DNA from: a virus
Virus record (IMG/VR): IMGVR_UViG_3300023184_003735
Span: 32,001 to 96,000 of that record
DNA: 64,000 nt
Strand: one strand, 5' to 3'
Under the pieces are notes generated by a model. The model saw only the letters and a list, made by a program, of their open reading frames with translations, had not been told where the DNA came from and searched no databases. A program made the position numbers and the translations under genes. Below are positions 11,371 to 21,807 of this stretch, one piece after another (the stretch's first letter is position 1; each line of letters starts with the position of its first letter).

Positions 11371-11972
11371 TAACCCCGGGACTGGCAAAAATTACTGGGC
11401 ATGTCAAAATTCATGATCCCGCAAATGGCGAAATATTCTACAACGATCACAATGCTATTCATTACGAAAACATCAGTGTTGCAATGGCTCAAAGCCTAGC
11501 AGATCGTAACTTGGGTTACATTTATCAAATGGCATTTGGCAATGGCGGTAGTAGTGTAGACCCCACAGGCGTTATCACATATTTGCCCCCAAATACCACA
11601 GGACAAAGTGCATCACTTTATAATCAAACCTATCAAAAAGTAGTTGACGATAATTCAGCCGCTGATACAGATCCAGAAAATAACAAAATGACTGTGTTGC
11701 ACACAGCAGGAAACACCTACACTGATATTTTGGTAACTTGTTTGTTAGACTACGGTGAGCCACCTCAACAGCAGGCATTTGATAACTCAACCAATTTTAA
11801 CGGTGAGTTTGTGTTTGATGAACTGGGTCTTAAAACATGGAATGGCTCTGTTACTGACCTACGCTTGATTACTCACGTGATTTTTCACCCAGTTCAAAAG
11901 AGTTTGAATCGTCAAATTCAGATCGATTATACACTTCGCATACAGACTTTAAGCAACATAAATGCTGTATAA
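11367..11972 (+). CDS. Putative baseplate/tail-fibre attachment protein
   Basis: 201 aa between the giant structural gene and the fibre gene; MAFGNGG and FDELGL motifs. Confidence 0.55.
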   Translation: MITPGLAKITGHVKIHDPANGEIFYNDHNAIHYENISVAMAQSLADRNLGYIYQMAFGNGGSSVDPTGVITYLPPNTTGQSASLYNQTYQKVVDDNSAADTDPENNKMTVLHTAGNTYTDILVTCLLDYGEPPQQQAFDNSTNFNGEFVFDELGLKTWNGSVTDLRLITHVIFHPVQKSLNRQIQIDYTLRIQTLSNINAV

Positions 11973-11975
11973 ATA
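11968..11975 (+). promoter_or_regulatory. T4-type late promoter TATAAATA
   Basis: Exact T4 late consensus, 18 nt upstream of the fibre gene. Confidence 0.7.
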
Positions 11976-11993
11976 TAAGAACAGAGAATAAAC

Positions 11994-13985
11994 ATGGCAT
12001 ATACAATTAATCTTACAGACGGCAATGTTTTCGCTACCATAACAGACGGCACCTACAATCAAAGCAGTAGCGTGACCTTGGTAGGTAAAAACTATGCTGG
12101 ATACGGTGAATTTTTAGATGAAAACTTTATCCAAATGCTGGAGAATTTTTCAAATACCACAGCCCCGGTCGCTCCACTAACTGGCCAACTTTGGTGGGAC
12201 AAGACCAATAGTTTACTCAAAGTTTACAACGGTACAACTTTTAAAACATTAAGTTTCTCAACAGCAAGTTCCTCGCAACCCACTTCGAACGTGGTTGGTG
12301 ATTTGTGGTATGATACTACCAACCAGCAGGTCAAAGTGTGTACAGCAGGCGGGACGCCAGGTACTTTTATTGTAGTAGGCCCAGCCTACTCCAGCAGTCA
12401 AGGCACCACAGGTGCCATCCCCGAAACAATCTATGATACATCCGGGTTCCCTCACTATGTTACCACTCTTTATTCAAACAGCGTAAGAGTTGCTATTTTC
12501 AACAGTGATGTTGACTTTACTGCGGCTGCACCAGTTTCAACTCTATTCCCCACAGTTTACAAAGGTGTGACATTTAGTAATTCTACTGGTACCAACATGG
12601 CCGGTAATCTTGTGAGTTCTGCCAATTTGGTTGTGACCACAGGCGGCACAACCAGAGCCATTTTTACCACCACTGGCGCCAACATCAGTGGTTACGGTAA
12701 CGTAACTGGCAATATCACTGGTGGCAATATTCTAACAGCCGGCGCGGTATCAGCCGCTGGTAACGTCACAGGTGCTAACTTTATTGGTAACGTGATTCCT
12801 CCAGCAGGCGGTGCAGTAAGCACAACTGGTAATATCACCGGTGGTAATATATTAACTGGCGGAATAATTTCAGCAACTGGTAACATAACTGGTAACTTTA
12901 TCAACGGTAATGGTTACTTCTTGACCGGTATTATTACATCAGTTGCTAATATTAACAATGGCACAAGTAACGTAAACATTGCCGCAGCCAATGCCAACAT
13001 AACTGCAAGTGTTAACGGCACACCAAACGTGGTAATAATTACTTCAACCGGTGCCAACGTTGCTGGATATGCCAATATTACTGGCAATGTCTCAGCCAAC
13101 TATTATTATGGTAACGGTTCCACACTGAGTGGTATCAGTGCCGCAGCCAGCGCGGCGCAAATTGAAAGCGGAACATCAAACGTAAAATTTGCCAGTGCAG
13201 GTGGTAGTGCCACAGTCAACATCGGTGGCACCTCTAATGTGGTTGTGATTGATACTACCACAGTATATGCCAACGTGGCCAACGTACAAAGCATTGCCAA
13301 AGGTGGCACTAATGCTGTGGGCAATATTGGTAGCCCAACTGGTTATTTCAACAACATATATGCCGCTACTTACACAGGAACAACAGCCAACATAAGTGCC
13401 AACATCACGGGTGGTAACATTTTAACAGGTGGATTGATCTCAGCAACCGGTAACATCACAGGCGGTAACTTGACTGTGTCAACTGGAAACGTTGGTGCAG
13501 GTAACATCAACAACAACAACTCAAACGGAGTTGGCAACATTGGCTCAGCAAGCACCTATTTTAACAGATTATTTGCTACTGCTACCACAGCACTTTATGC
13601 TGACGTTGCAGAACGTTTTGCCGCAGATGAAGTGCTGGAAGCAGGTACTGTGGTTGAACTGGGCGGATCAGCAGAAATCACCCGATCCCTCACAGAATTA
13701 AGCGAAAATGTGTTTGGCGTGATAAGTACTAGAGCGGCATACTTGATGAATGGCGGCGCTGGCGAAAACGACACACATCCTCCAGTTGCAATGACCGGAC
13801 GTGTCCCAGTCAAAGTAACAGGTGTAGTACACAAAGGCGACAGATTGGTTTCAGCAGGAGCAGGCATTGCCAGAGCGGCACAGCCCGGAGAAGCCACATC
13901 ATTTAACGTGATTGGGCGAAGCCTGGTTGACAAACTGACCCCAGAATCAGGTACAATTGAAGCAATTGTGACCATCAAGAATTAA
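11994..13985 (+). CDS. Tail fibre protein with GNITGGN repeats and a C-terminal chaperone-like domain
   Basis: N-terminal GQLWWD/GDLWYD motifs, many (A/T)GNITGGNI repeats, C-terminal YADVAERF...GRVPVKV module. Confidence 0.7.
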   Translation: MAYTINLTDGNVFATITDGTYNQSSSVTLVGKNYAGYGEFLDENFIQMLENFSNTTAPVAPLTGQLWWDKTNSLLKVYNGTTFKTLSFSTASSSQPTSNVVGDLWYDTTNQQVKVCTAGGTPGTFIVVGPAYSSSQGTTGAIPETIYDTSGFPHYVTTLYSNSVRVAIFNSDVDFTAAAPVSTLFPTVYKGVTFSNSTGTNMAGNLVSSANLVVTTGGTTRAIFTTTGANISGYGNVTGNITGGNILTAGAVSAAGNVTGANFIGNVIPPAGGAVSTTGNITGGNILTGGIISATGNITGNFINGNGYFLTGIITSVANINNGTSNVNIAAANANITASVNGTPNVVIITSTGANVAGYANITGNVSANYYYGNGSTLSGISAAASAAQIESGTSNVKFASAGGSATVNIGGTSNVVVIDTTTVYANVANVQSIAKGGTNAVGNIGSPTGYFNNIYAATYTGTTANISANITGGNILTGGLISATGNITGGNLTVSTGNVGAGNINNNNSNGVGNIGSASTYFNRLFATATTALYADVAERFAADEVLEAGTVVELGGSAEITRSLTELSENVFGVISTRAAYLMNGGAGENDTHPPVAMTGRVPVKVTGVVHKGDRLVSAGAGIARAAQPGEATSFNVIGRSLVDKLTPESGTIEAIVTIKN

Positions 13986-13998
13986 TTAGGAAAAGAAA

Positions 13999-14982
13999 AT
14001 GACATATTCAAGCGGCGGATTAATACAAGCAACAGACTACAATACGTTTACCACCACTGCAGGTGGATTGAACGATATCTGGGCCACAGGATCAGGCGAC
14101 AAAGGTTGGGGCCAAACTGCTTTTACCGCAGCCAACACCGCTGATACCGTTACAGCCACACAATGGGCACAGTTGGTCAACAACTTGGCCACATCAGGCA
14201 GTCAAACCAATACCACACTCACATCAAGATCAGCACCCACAGCAGGTACCACAATTGGTATTTTGGCCAATGTGAGTGCCGACATTACTTCAGTAACTAC
14301 CAACCGTAACAATGCCGCGGCAGTGGGCACAGAATACGGAACATTTACTGGCACCGTTTCTAAAACCACTGCCACCGGTGCAGGCACCACAGCATGGTCT
14401 TTTACTTGGATACAGACCCTTGCATTTCCCAGTGCCAACCAGGCACGTTATTTCTGGAATGCCGGTGGTCGTGTTAGACTGCAAATGAGTAAAACATCAA
14501 CTGGCACTGACATTGACCCAGATTGGAATGCTTTTGTTGCCAAAGTTGGATCAATTTATATTACTGGAGCGGCGGCCAGCAAAACCATTGCCGGCACTGC
14601 TTACACAGGCACAACCAGAATTGGTGGCACAGGCGGTACACAAACTACCTTGGCCACAGCCACAGGATATTATGCGTTGACATCAACCCCAGTGACCATA
14701 TTCCTGTTGGCCAATGACACTGCTCCGTACACTGGTGAAACAATTACAGTCACTGCGGCAGCGGGTAGTGCAACCGATTTGACACTTAATATCACCTGGA
14801 GTCAACCAGCAGTTTCGGGTGCAGGACAAACAAACAACATTTCAGGTGGCACTGCAACCACAAGCCCCTCAACCACAATTACAGGCACAGCACCTACAGT
14901 GTTGTGTACCTATATTCCACCATCGACAACATACTTGAGTAACACCTGGGGCACACCAACTATCGGCTCCACCGGTCCTTAA
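13999..14982 (+). CDS. Thr/Gly/Ala-rich virion structural protein
   Basis: 327 aa, fibre-like composition, last gene before a terminator. Confidence 0.55.
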   Translation: MTYSSGGLIQATDYNTFTTTAGGLNDIWATGSGDKGWGQTAFTAANTADTVTATQWAQLVNNLATSGSQTNTTLTSRSAPTAGTTIGILANVSADITSVTTNRNNAAAVGTEYGTFTGTVSKTTATGAGTTAWSFTWIQTLAFPSANQARYFWNAGGRVRLQMSKTSTGTDIDPDWNAFVAKVGSIYITGAAASKTIAGTAYTGTTRIGGTGGTQTTLATATGYYALTSTPVTIFLLANDTAPYTGETITVTAAAGSATDLTLNITWSQPAVSGAGQTNNISGGTATTSPSTTITGTAPTVLCTYIPPSTTYLSNTWGTPTIGSTGP

Positions 14983-15000
14983 AATTACATTTGGGTATTC

Positions 15001-15025
15001 AAGAGGTAGACTTCTACCTCTTTTT
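15001..15025 (+). terminator. Rho-independent terminator closing the structural module
   Basis: AAGAGGTAGA-CT-TCTACCTCTT hairpin followed by a T tract. Confidence 0.75.
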
Positions 15026-15035
15026 CTTGTATAAT
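15007..15035 (+). promoter_or_regulatory. Sigma70-like promoter for the modification cluster (leaderless)
   Basis: TAGACT-N17-TATAAT with ATG 6 nt after the -10 box. Confidence 0.6.
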
Positions 15036-15041
15036 CTATCT

Positions 15042-15350
15042 ATGGAAACTGAAAAACTTGTGGCCCATGCACGGGCTCGATTCGATCATGCGGCCGCAAG
15101 GCGCACCCTAAAAGAAAAGTACGAAGCCCGAATGTTGTTTGCTCACGCAGACGGCATGTGGCGAGCTGGGCCAGAACTGCAATGTGTGTTGTTGGCCTGT
15201 GCTCAAGACACGGATGTTGTGTTGTTAGACCTGTACGAAACTCCTGTGCGAGTAAACGTGCCTGAACTGTTTGCAAAGTCGCATGAACGCTGGCAAGAAC
15301 AAATGAATGCCTGGCGTGTGGAACACGAAAACCTCAACCGTAACCGATGA
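15042..15350 (+). CDS. Hypothetical protein
   Basis: METEKLVAH..., 102 aa, stop overlaps the next start. Confidence 0.65.
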   Translation: METEKLVAHARARFDHAAARRTLKEKYEARMLFAHADGMWRAGPELQCVLLACAQDTDVVLLDLYETPVRVNVPELFAKSHERWQEQMNAWRVEHENLNRNR

Positions 15351-16153
15351 CCACAGGCGCACTGATATTTGCTTTCAACAATGAATCAACCGACTACGTT
15401 GCTATGGCTGAGTGGAGTGCTAGAAACATTCGTAGGTGGCTCAACATTCCCACTGCCATCGTCACAGATGTTGATGCAAGAGATCCGCGACTTAGCGGAT
15501 TCGATCAAGTTATTCCGGCAACGGCAAGTGCGGGAGGAACACGTTGGTTTGAGGATTATCAAGCGACTGTTACATGGCACAACGCAGGTAGAACTGATGC
15601 CTATACTCTTAGTCCATGGGATCAAACGCTAGTACTAGATGCTGACTACGTGGTAGCCAGTGATCAACTAAAGATCCTACTCGATAGCCGTCAAGAGTTT
15701 TTGGCACATGCTAGTGCGTATGACATTACTGGTACAAACAATTTTGCAGGACTCAACGACTACGGGGAATATCGGATGCCCATGTCCTGGGCCACTGTGA
15801 TGATGTTTAGACGCAGTACCCATGCAGAACTCATTTTTCACTGTATGCAAATGATCAAGAATAACTGGCGACACTATAAAGATTTATATCAAATTGCCAG
15901 TTCAACCTATCGCAATGACCATGCACTGAGCATAGCATTAAATATTGTGAATGGACAAACATTACAGCACACGAGCATACCCTGGAGTCTGGCCAGCGTC
16001 ACACCTGAACATGTACTAACTAGAACTGCCAAGGATTGCTACAGAATAGATTACGTGGACCAGGAAAAACGCCCACGTTGGACCATACTACGTAATCAAG
16101 ACTTTCATGCCATGGGAAAACAGCACCTGGAGAAATTAATTGAAGCCCATTGA
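15347..16153 (+). CDS. Glycosyltransferase-like protein (GT-A fold)
   Basis: TLVLDADY DxD motif, NDHALS, FHAMGK. Confidence 0.6.
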   Translation: MTTGALIFAFNNESTDYVAMAEWSARNIRRWLNIPTAIVTDVDARDPRLSGFDQVIPATASAGGTRWFEDYQATVTWHNAGRTDAYTLSPWDQTLVLDADYVVASDQLKILLDSRQEFLAHASAYDITGTNNFAGLNDYGEYRMPMSWATVMMFRRSTHAELIFHCMQMIKNNWRHYKDLYQIASSTYRNDHALSIALNIVNGQTLQHTSIPWSLASVTPEHVLTRTAKDCYRIDYVDQEKRPRWTILRNQDFHAMGKQHLEKLIEAH

Positions 16154-16925
16154 AGAACAAGGCTACTTGATAGTAGCAACCAATACGCAAAACACGGACT
16201 ATGTGAATTGTAGTGAAACTCTAGCCAAAACCATCAAGTACTGGCATCCTGATGCACGGATATGCTTGCTGACCAACGAAACCCGTGAACCAGATCATTT
16301 GTTCGATCATGTGCGCGAGTTTCCGTTCCCGATTGATGTGGCCAATCCTTATGCCAACGACTGGCAGGTGTTCCATGCCACACCATTCCGTGAAACAATC
16401 AAACTAGAATCAGACATGCTGATCACCAGTCCCATTAATCACTGGTGGAACCTGTTGCGTCACCGTGATGTTGTGGTATCCACAGGCTGTAGAGACTGGA
16501 AAGATCAACGAGCCAGTGCCAGACATTACCGTCAGGTGTTTGATGCCAACAATTTGCCGGATGTGTACAATGCCATAACCTACTGGAGACTGAGTGCAAC
16601 AGCACAAGAGTTCTTTGCTACTGTGCGCAACATATTTGAAAACTGGCCTCAATATCGTGCCATGTTAAAGTTTCCTGAAGATATGCCGTCAACAGATGTG
16701 GTATACGCTATTGCGGCCACCATTGTAGGCACAGAAACCTGTACCATGCCATTTGCCAGTTATCCCACAATTGTACACATGAAGCGACACATTATTGCCG
16801 CCAAGCGAGATCCTTGGGTAGATGAACTCATATGCGAATATCGAGACTATGAATTGCGAGTAAACACAGTGGTGCAACGTGGCGCATTTCATTACAATGT
16901 TAAGAATTGGCACCATGAACGCTGA
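16140..16925 (+). CDS. Glycosyltransferase-like protein, paralog of the upstream gene
   Basis: TPFRETIKLESDM aligns with SPWDQTLVLDADY; STDVVYA. Confidence 0.55.
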   Translation: MKPIEEQGYLIVATNTQNTDYVNCSETLAKTIKYWHPDARICLLTNETREPDHLFDHVREFPFPIDVANPYANDWQVFHATPFRETIKLESDMLITSPINHWWNLLRHRDVVVSTGCRDWKDQRASARHYRQVFDANNLPDVYNAITYWRLSATAQEFFATVRNIFENWPQYRAMLKFPEDMPSTDVVYAIAATIVGTETCTMPFASYPTIVHMKRHIIAAKRDPWVDELICEYRDYELRVNTVVQRGAFHYNVKNWHHER

Positions 16926-17247
16926 AGAATTTTGGGCCATACTACATGCCATGCCCGAACCCCAACCTGTATCCTGGCGCCTGTACTACAATGCGGCAGG
17001 CGAACCAATAACCTACAGCATGGAACATTTGCCCGGTACATATATTGAGGTTGATGCTGAGACCTATGCACGATCGCCTATGAATGTTCGAATCAAAAAT
17101 GGGCAATTGATTGAATTGAAATCTGCTGTGCGCAGACTTGTGCCCAGTGATTCAGGAACACCTTGTTATCCCAACAACGTGGCCATAGTAGTTGACAAGG
17201 CAGAACCACACCAACTCTGGAGTATGAAAACACATGAATCCTATTGA
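16915..17247 (+). CDS. Hypothetical protein
   Basis: ORF overlapping both neighbours in the operon. Confidence 0.6.
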   Translation: MNAEEFWAILHAMPEPQPVSWRLYYNAAGEPITYSMEHLPGTYIEVDAETYARSPMNVRIKNGQLIELKSAVRRLVPSDSGTPCYPNNVAIVVDKAEPHQLWSMKTHESY

Positions 17248-18160
17248 CATAGCAGACCTAGACTGCATTTACCTATCGTATGATGAACCTGAAAAAGAAC
17301 AATATTGGATACGCATTAAGAACATGGTGCCTTGGGCCCGTAGGGTCGATGGTGTGCTGGGAAGCGATGCGGCGCATAAAGCCGCGGCCCTGGCATCTGA
17401 CACCGAAAGATTTATCCTTATTGATGGAGACAATATCCCCGACCCGGCGTTTTTTAATCAAACGCTTGATTTTCCTACACCTGAACATGAGCAGGCTGTG
17501 TTCCGATGGCGGGCTCGCAACCATGTAAACGGACTCATGTATGGCAACGGCGGACTCTCATCCTGGACTCGAGAGTACGTGTTAAACATGCGCACACACG
17601 AGAACACAGACGGGCGTGATGAAACTGTGGTGGAGTTTTGCTTTGATCCGCTATACTGGGCCATGCATGACTGTTACTCAACAACATATCCTAACCAATC
17701 ACCATTTCATGCCTGGCGTGCCGGCTTTCGTGAAGGTGTCAAGATGTGTTTAAATCAAGGCACCAAACCCACCATACAAGACTTTAAACAACGTGTGCAT
17801 CAACGCAACCTGGACAACTTGACCATATGGCACAATGTGGGTGCAGATGTTGAAAACGGCATGTGGTGCATTGCTGGTAGTCGCATGGGCACTTATATGA
17901 CCATGCTCACAAATGTGGATCATGTGATGGTGCAGGACTTTGAAAAATTACATGAATTATGGGATACTGTAAAAGATTCAGACCCACGCTTGCTGGCCAA
18001 TCGTGTGGCACAAGAACTAGGCACAACATTAGACTTGCCACTGGCCATGTTGGAAGCCGAACAAAGCCAATTCTTCAAACATCATTATCGATCAAACTTT
18101 GCCAACCGTGGTATCATGGTCAGAGAGATTGACATCATTAGACGGCAGGAGGGCTGGTAA
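17234..18160 (+). CDS. Glycosyltransferase-like protein
   Basis: LIDGDN DxD motif; shares SYDEP, NGLxYG and WRxxFRE motifs with 36994..38814. Confidence 0.6.
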   Translation: MNPIDIADLDCIYLSYDEPEKEQYWIRIKNMVPWARRVDGVLGSDAAHKAAALASDTERFILIDGDNIPDPAFFNQTLDFPTPEHEQAVFRWRARNHVNGLMYGNGGLSSWTREYVLNMRTHENTDGRDETVVEFCFDPLYWAMHDCYSTTYPNQSPFHAWRAGFREGVKMCLNQGTKPTIQDFKQRVHQRNLDNLTIWHNVGADVENGMWCIAGSRMGTYMTMLTNVDHVMVQDFEKLHELWDTVKDSDPRLLANRVAQELGTTLDLPLAMLEAEQSQFFKHHYRSNFANRGIMVREIDIIRRQEGW

Positions 18161-18825
18161 TGTTAACAGTATTTGAAAATGCAGTCACTAACAGTGAAAT
18201 AGCACACCTGCAACAACAGTTTGCTGAGTTAAAGGCCCGAGTTGAATTTAATGACACATACCTCATAACCAATCCGGATGAAATACGTGAATTGTACCAC
18301 TTGGAATCTGAATCATTAATACAACAAGAACGAGTTAGTATAAATGCATATCCTGTAGCAGAGTTGGTTAGGAGCATAGTCAATAGAATTTTGCCTGCAC
18401 CTTTAAAAGACTCCATCTCTATTATGTTTTCAAGATCAGTCTACCCAGTTGGAATACACACTGACACTGATGAAAGAGATCATCAAGGGCACACTATCAT
18501 GATACCACTAACATCAGATGATCGCATTAAGACCTTGGTCTGGCAAGAAACTGCAATAGCGCAAAAGGGACTGAATGAGATATTTCATCGTTTTCAAACC
18601 GATATCAAAAGTTTCACACCACAGCCTCGGATTTCTAATAAACTCAATTTGAGAAATTGTTGGATGGGTCGACCTTCTATTGTAGATTTTTTACAACTAG
18701 ACGGTGTAGCAGAATGGCGTACAGGCTCCATATTTAAATTTGAACGTCAACAGTTGCATGCCAGTAACAACTACAGAGAATTTGTTGACTTTAAAGACTA
18801 TGTTTTAATACACAACGACGAATGA
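18160..18825 (+). CDS. 2OG-Fe(II) oxygenase-like protein
   Basis: HxD (GIHTD) plus a distal His (QLHAS). Confidence 0.45.
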   Translation: MLTVFENAVTNSEIAHLQQQFAELKARVEFNDTYLITNPDEIRELYHLESESLIQQERVSINAYPVAELVRSIVNRILPAPLKDSISIMFSRSVYPVGIHTDTDERDHQGHTIMIPLTSDDRIKTLVWQETAIAQKGLNEIFHRFQTDIKSFTPQPRISNKLNLRNCWMGRPSIVDFLQLDGVAEWRTGSIFKFERQQLHASNNYREFVDFKDYVLIHNDE

Positions 18826-19385
18826 CAAAAATATACGTTGACGGGTGTAGTTATGTTTATGGCCAAGGCCTTGATCGAAGCAGTTCTTTAGGTGCATTGT
18901 TGGGCGCCACTACTGATAATTCACGCCCGGCCAAGAGCAATATTGCAATATCCGAAGATCTATATCATGCTGTAAAACTGGATTACGATTGGTATATTGT
19001 GGGTTATACATTTTCTAATAGATACAGTTTTTCGCTTGACCGCAAGCCAATTGACATATACTCAAGCAACGATGAATATGTATTGGAGTTTGAACAAGAT
19101 GAAATACAACTAAAGCAATTGCACCGATTATACTATTACTTTTCTGATGTCAGCAAGTTAGATCAGCGCAGTGATTACCTGGTGGATTCCTCTATTGCAT
19201 TACTAGAACAGCAAAATAAAAAATTTGTAATGTTCAGTTGGGAACCGCGCACAATCATAAACTCAGAAAAAATATTTTACCCTAGGCAATTGATATCTAA
19301 CGACTATTGCCAATCTCAAACAAACCGTCATTTGACTGAATCGGGCATGCAACTTTTGGCAAACATTATCCGGGAAAAAATGTGA
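18822..19385 (+). CDS. SGNH/GDSL-like protein
   Basis: N-terminal DGCSYVYG, SN block, C-terminal RHLTESG. Confidence 0.55.
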   Translation: MTKIYVDGCSYVYGQGLDRSSSLGALLGATTDNSRPAKSNIAISEDLYHAVKLDYDWYIVGYTFSNRYSFSLDRKPIDIYSSNDEYVLEFEQDEIQLKQLHRLYYYFSDVSKLDQRSDYLVDSSIALLEQQNKKFVMFSWEPRTIINSEKIFYPRQLISNDYCQSQTNRHLTESGMQLLANIIREKM

Positions 19386-20752
19386 AAAGTGTGTTCATGA
19401 CGTCAGCAGAACAAATGCAGGCAAACCTAGGACCTGCATTGTGTTTAGCCAAGTGGAAGCAGGTCTCTTTACACTTGCCCACAGGACTCAACAACTCATG
19501 TTATCACCCACCGTTGCATGCCATTGACCCTGTGGAAATACAGTTTGATCCAGGGGCACTACACAATACCTCACACAAAAAAGCACAGCGTCAGATGATG
19601 CTGAGTGGTGAACGACCTGCAGAATGTTCCTATTGTTGGAATATGGAAGACCAAGGCAAACTCAGCGATAGACACTATCGTTCAGGTGAGCCCTGGGCTG
19701 CTGTGGATTTTGAACAAATTAAGAATTCAACCGGAGAAGAAAGTGATGTCATACCTAGTTATGTTGAGGTTAATTTTAACAATGCTTGTAACCTCAAGTG
19801 CAGTTATTGTAGTCCCCAGTTTAGTTCTAGCTGGGCAGACGAAGTACATCGTGATGGGGCTTATCCTACTGCCACACCACATAATGCTCCTGAACACTTT
19901 ACAGGGGCTAGACGTGTTATTCCCGCTAGGGAACATAATCCCTATGTTGAAGCATTTTGGCAGTGGTGGCCGCGTTTATACCCTACCCTAGAACACTTTA
20001 GAATGACCGGTGGCGAGCCACTAATGGATCGGAATACTTACCGAGTATTTGATCATGTGATCAACCACCCATCAAAAAAACTACACTTGAACGTGACATC
20101 AAACTTTAGTGTAGAAGATGTGTTGTTCAACAAATACATGACTGCTGTGAAAACCATTTGCGACGGACGTATAGAACACTTTATGCAGTATGTGAGCCTG
20201 GATGGCTGGGGCACTCAAGCAGAGTACATGCGATACGGCATGACGTTTGATCTAGTGTGGTCAAGAGTAGATCAATACCTAACACAAGTTCCTAGTTATA
20301 ACAGTCTCACGTTTATTATAACCATGAACAATCTCGGTGTGAGCAGTCTGCAACAACTGCTAGAGGGCATACTAGAACTACGCCGCAAACATTCAACAAC
20401 CTATCAGCGTGTGTGGTTTGATACACCTGTGCTAAGACAACCTTCTTGGCAAAGCCTACAAATACTACCCGAATCTTATGCTCAACGACTAGAAACTATC
20501 CGAGACTGGATGAGTCAAAATTTAACCACCCAAGCAGATCCTTACAACGGATTCAAGGACTACGAAGTGTCACGCCTGGATAGAGACATTGCCTGGATGC
20601 GTAGTGCGCAGTCACAAGACCATGCCCCGGCCCGTGCAGACTTTTATAGATTTTTTGCAGAACACGATCGCAGGCGCGGCACAGACTTTTTAAAGACCTT
20701 TCCAGAAATGCGGTCCTGGTGGGCCGAATGTGAGTACCACGCCAGGTCATGA
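19382..20752 (+). CDS. Radical SAM enzyme with N-terminal Cys-rich auxiliary domain
   Basis: CNLKCSYC, TGGEP, N-terminal CLAKW...CSYC. Confidence 0.9.
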   Translation: MKSVFMTSAEQMQANLGPALCLAKWKQVSLHLPTGLNNSCYHPPLHAIDPVEIQFDPGALHNTSHKKAQRQMMLSGERPAECSYCWNMEDQGKLSDRHYRSGEPWAAVDFEQIKNSTGEESDVIPSYVEVNFNNACNLKCSYCSPQFSSSWADEVHRDGAYPTATPHNAPEHFTGARRVIPAREHNPYVEAFWQWWPRLYPTLEHFRMTGGEPLMDRNTYRVFDHVINHPSKKLHLNVTSNFSVEDVLFNKYMTAVKTICDGRIEHFMQYVSLDGWGTQAEYMRYGMTFDLVWSRVDQYLTQVPSYNSLTFIITMNNLGVSSLQQLLEGILELRRKHSTTYQRVWFDTPVLRQPSWQSLQILPESYAQRLETIRDWMSQNLTTQADPYNGFKDYEVSRLDRDIAWMRSAQSQDHAPARADFYRFFAEHDRRRGTDFLKTFPEMRSWWAECEYHARS

Positions 20753-21807
20753 CGTTGTACGTGGATCATTACTGTGAAATTGCTGATATGTTGGCACATT
20801 GGACCACGGAACAATTCTATGGTTTTGAAAAATTAGATATTGTACCCGGTGCAACCTATGTTGTGGGTCGGGTACAACTCAAAAATAATGCAGAACAAAT
20901 CCGCCGCATAGTAACTGATCGCACAGCCAGAGTTGTTTTTAGCAACCCTGCAGAAGGATCTGAAACATTTGTACAGCACTTGAGACTATATGGTGTAGAA
21001 GATCTGGTTTTAAATGGATTACTGCCTGTTGTTGTAGGAGGCCCAGTACCTGATGCGTATCCACACATGTTGTACGAACACTTTTTAACACAACCATTTA
21101 GATATGAAGAAAACTGTATGGCCGCAGATCGTGTGCAAGAAATATTTGATAAAAAATCCAAACCCTACCGATTCTTTTTCTTAAATGGACGGTCAAGACC
21201 GCATCGCAGAGCACTCATAAATGAATTTGAACAGCGTGGGTTATTGGCACAAGCACTATGGACAAACCTAGACGCACACGCAGGGCCTGTTCATTTGTTG
21301 CCACCCGAATACGAAGTAGAGCAATTTCAACCGCACATGACAACCACGGAGCAGGGCTTTGTCAAAAATCAACTGTTCAACAACTTGTGGGGAGAAATAT
21401 ACATTCGATCTGAACCCTACATTGACACTTACTTTAGTGTGGTAACAGAAACAGTATTTGACTACCCGCACAGTTTTAGAACAGAAAAGATAGCCAAACC
21501 GCTCACACAAGGACATCCTTGGATATGTGTGGCCAACGCAGGTTTTTATAGAGACATGCGCAATTTAGGGTTCCAAACCTTTTCACATGTGATAGATGAA
21601 TCATTTGATTCAATTGATAATGGGTCTGATCGAATTGCTCGCATCGCTGCCGTAGTGGATGACCTTTGTCACCAAGATATGTTACAATTACTAGCGGAGT
21701 GTGAAAGTGTTTGTAAATACAATCAGCAACACCTGCGCACTGTGAGTCACAAATGGCAACAGGAGTTGCCTGCCCGCTTTCTTGACTTCTTAACAAAGTA
21801 CCCATGA
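20749..21807 (+). CDS. Putative glycosyltransferase (TEKxxKP family, GT10-like C-terminus)
   Basis: VVTETVF...TEKIAKPL...GFQTF..IDESFD. Confidence 0.5.
   Translation: MTLYVDHYCEIADMLAHWTTEQFYGFEKLDIVPGATYVVGRVQLKNNAEQIRRIVTDRTARVVFSNPAEGSETFVQHLRLYGVEDLVLNGLLPVVVGGPVPDAYPHMLYEHFLTQPFRYEENCMAADRVQEIFDKKSKPYRFFFLNGRSRPHRRALINEFEQRGLLAQALWTNLDAHAGPVHLLPPEYEVEQFQPHMTTTEQGFVKNQLFNNLWGEIYIRSEPYIDTYFSVVTETVFDYPHSFRTEKIAKPLTQGHPWICVANAGFYRDMRNLGFQTFSHVIDESFDSIDNGSDRIARIAAVVDDLCHQDMLQLLAECESVCKYNQQHLRTVSHKWQQELPARFLDFLTKYP

Noticed and set aside
12690-13510. GNITGGN repeats as a diversity-generating retroelement
   Set aside because: These are protein-level fibre repeats with synonymous variation; there is no reverse transcriptase and no template/variable repeat pair.
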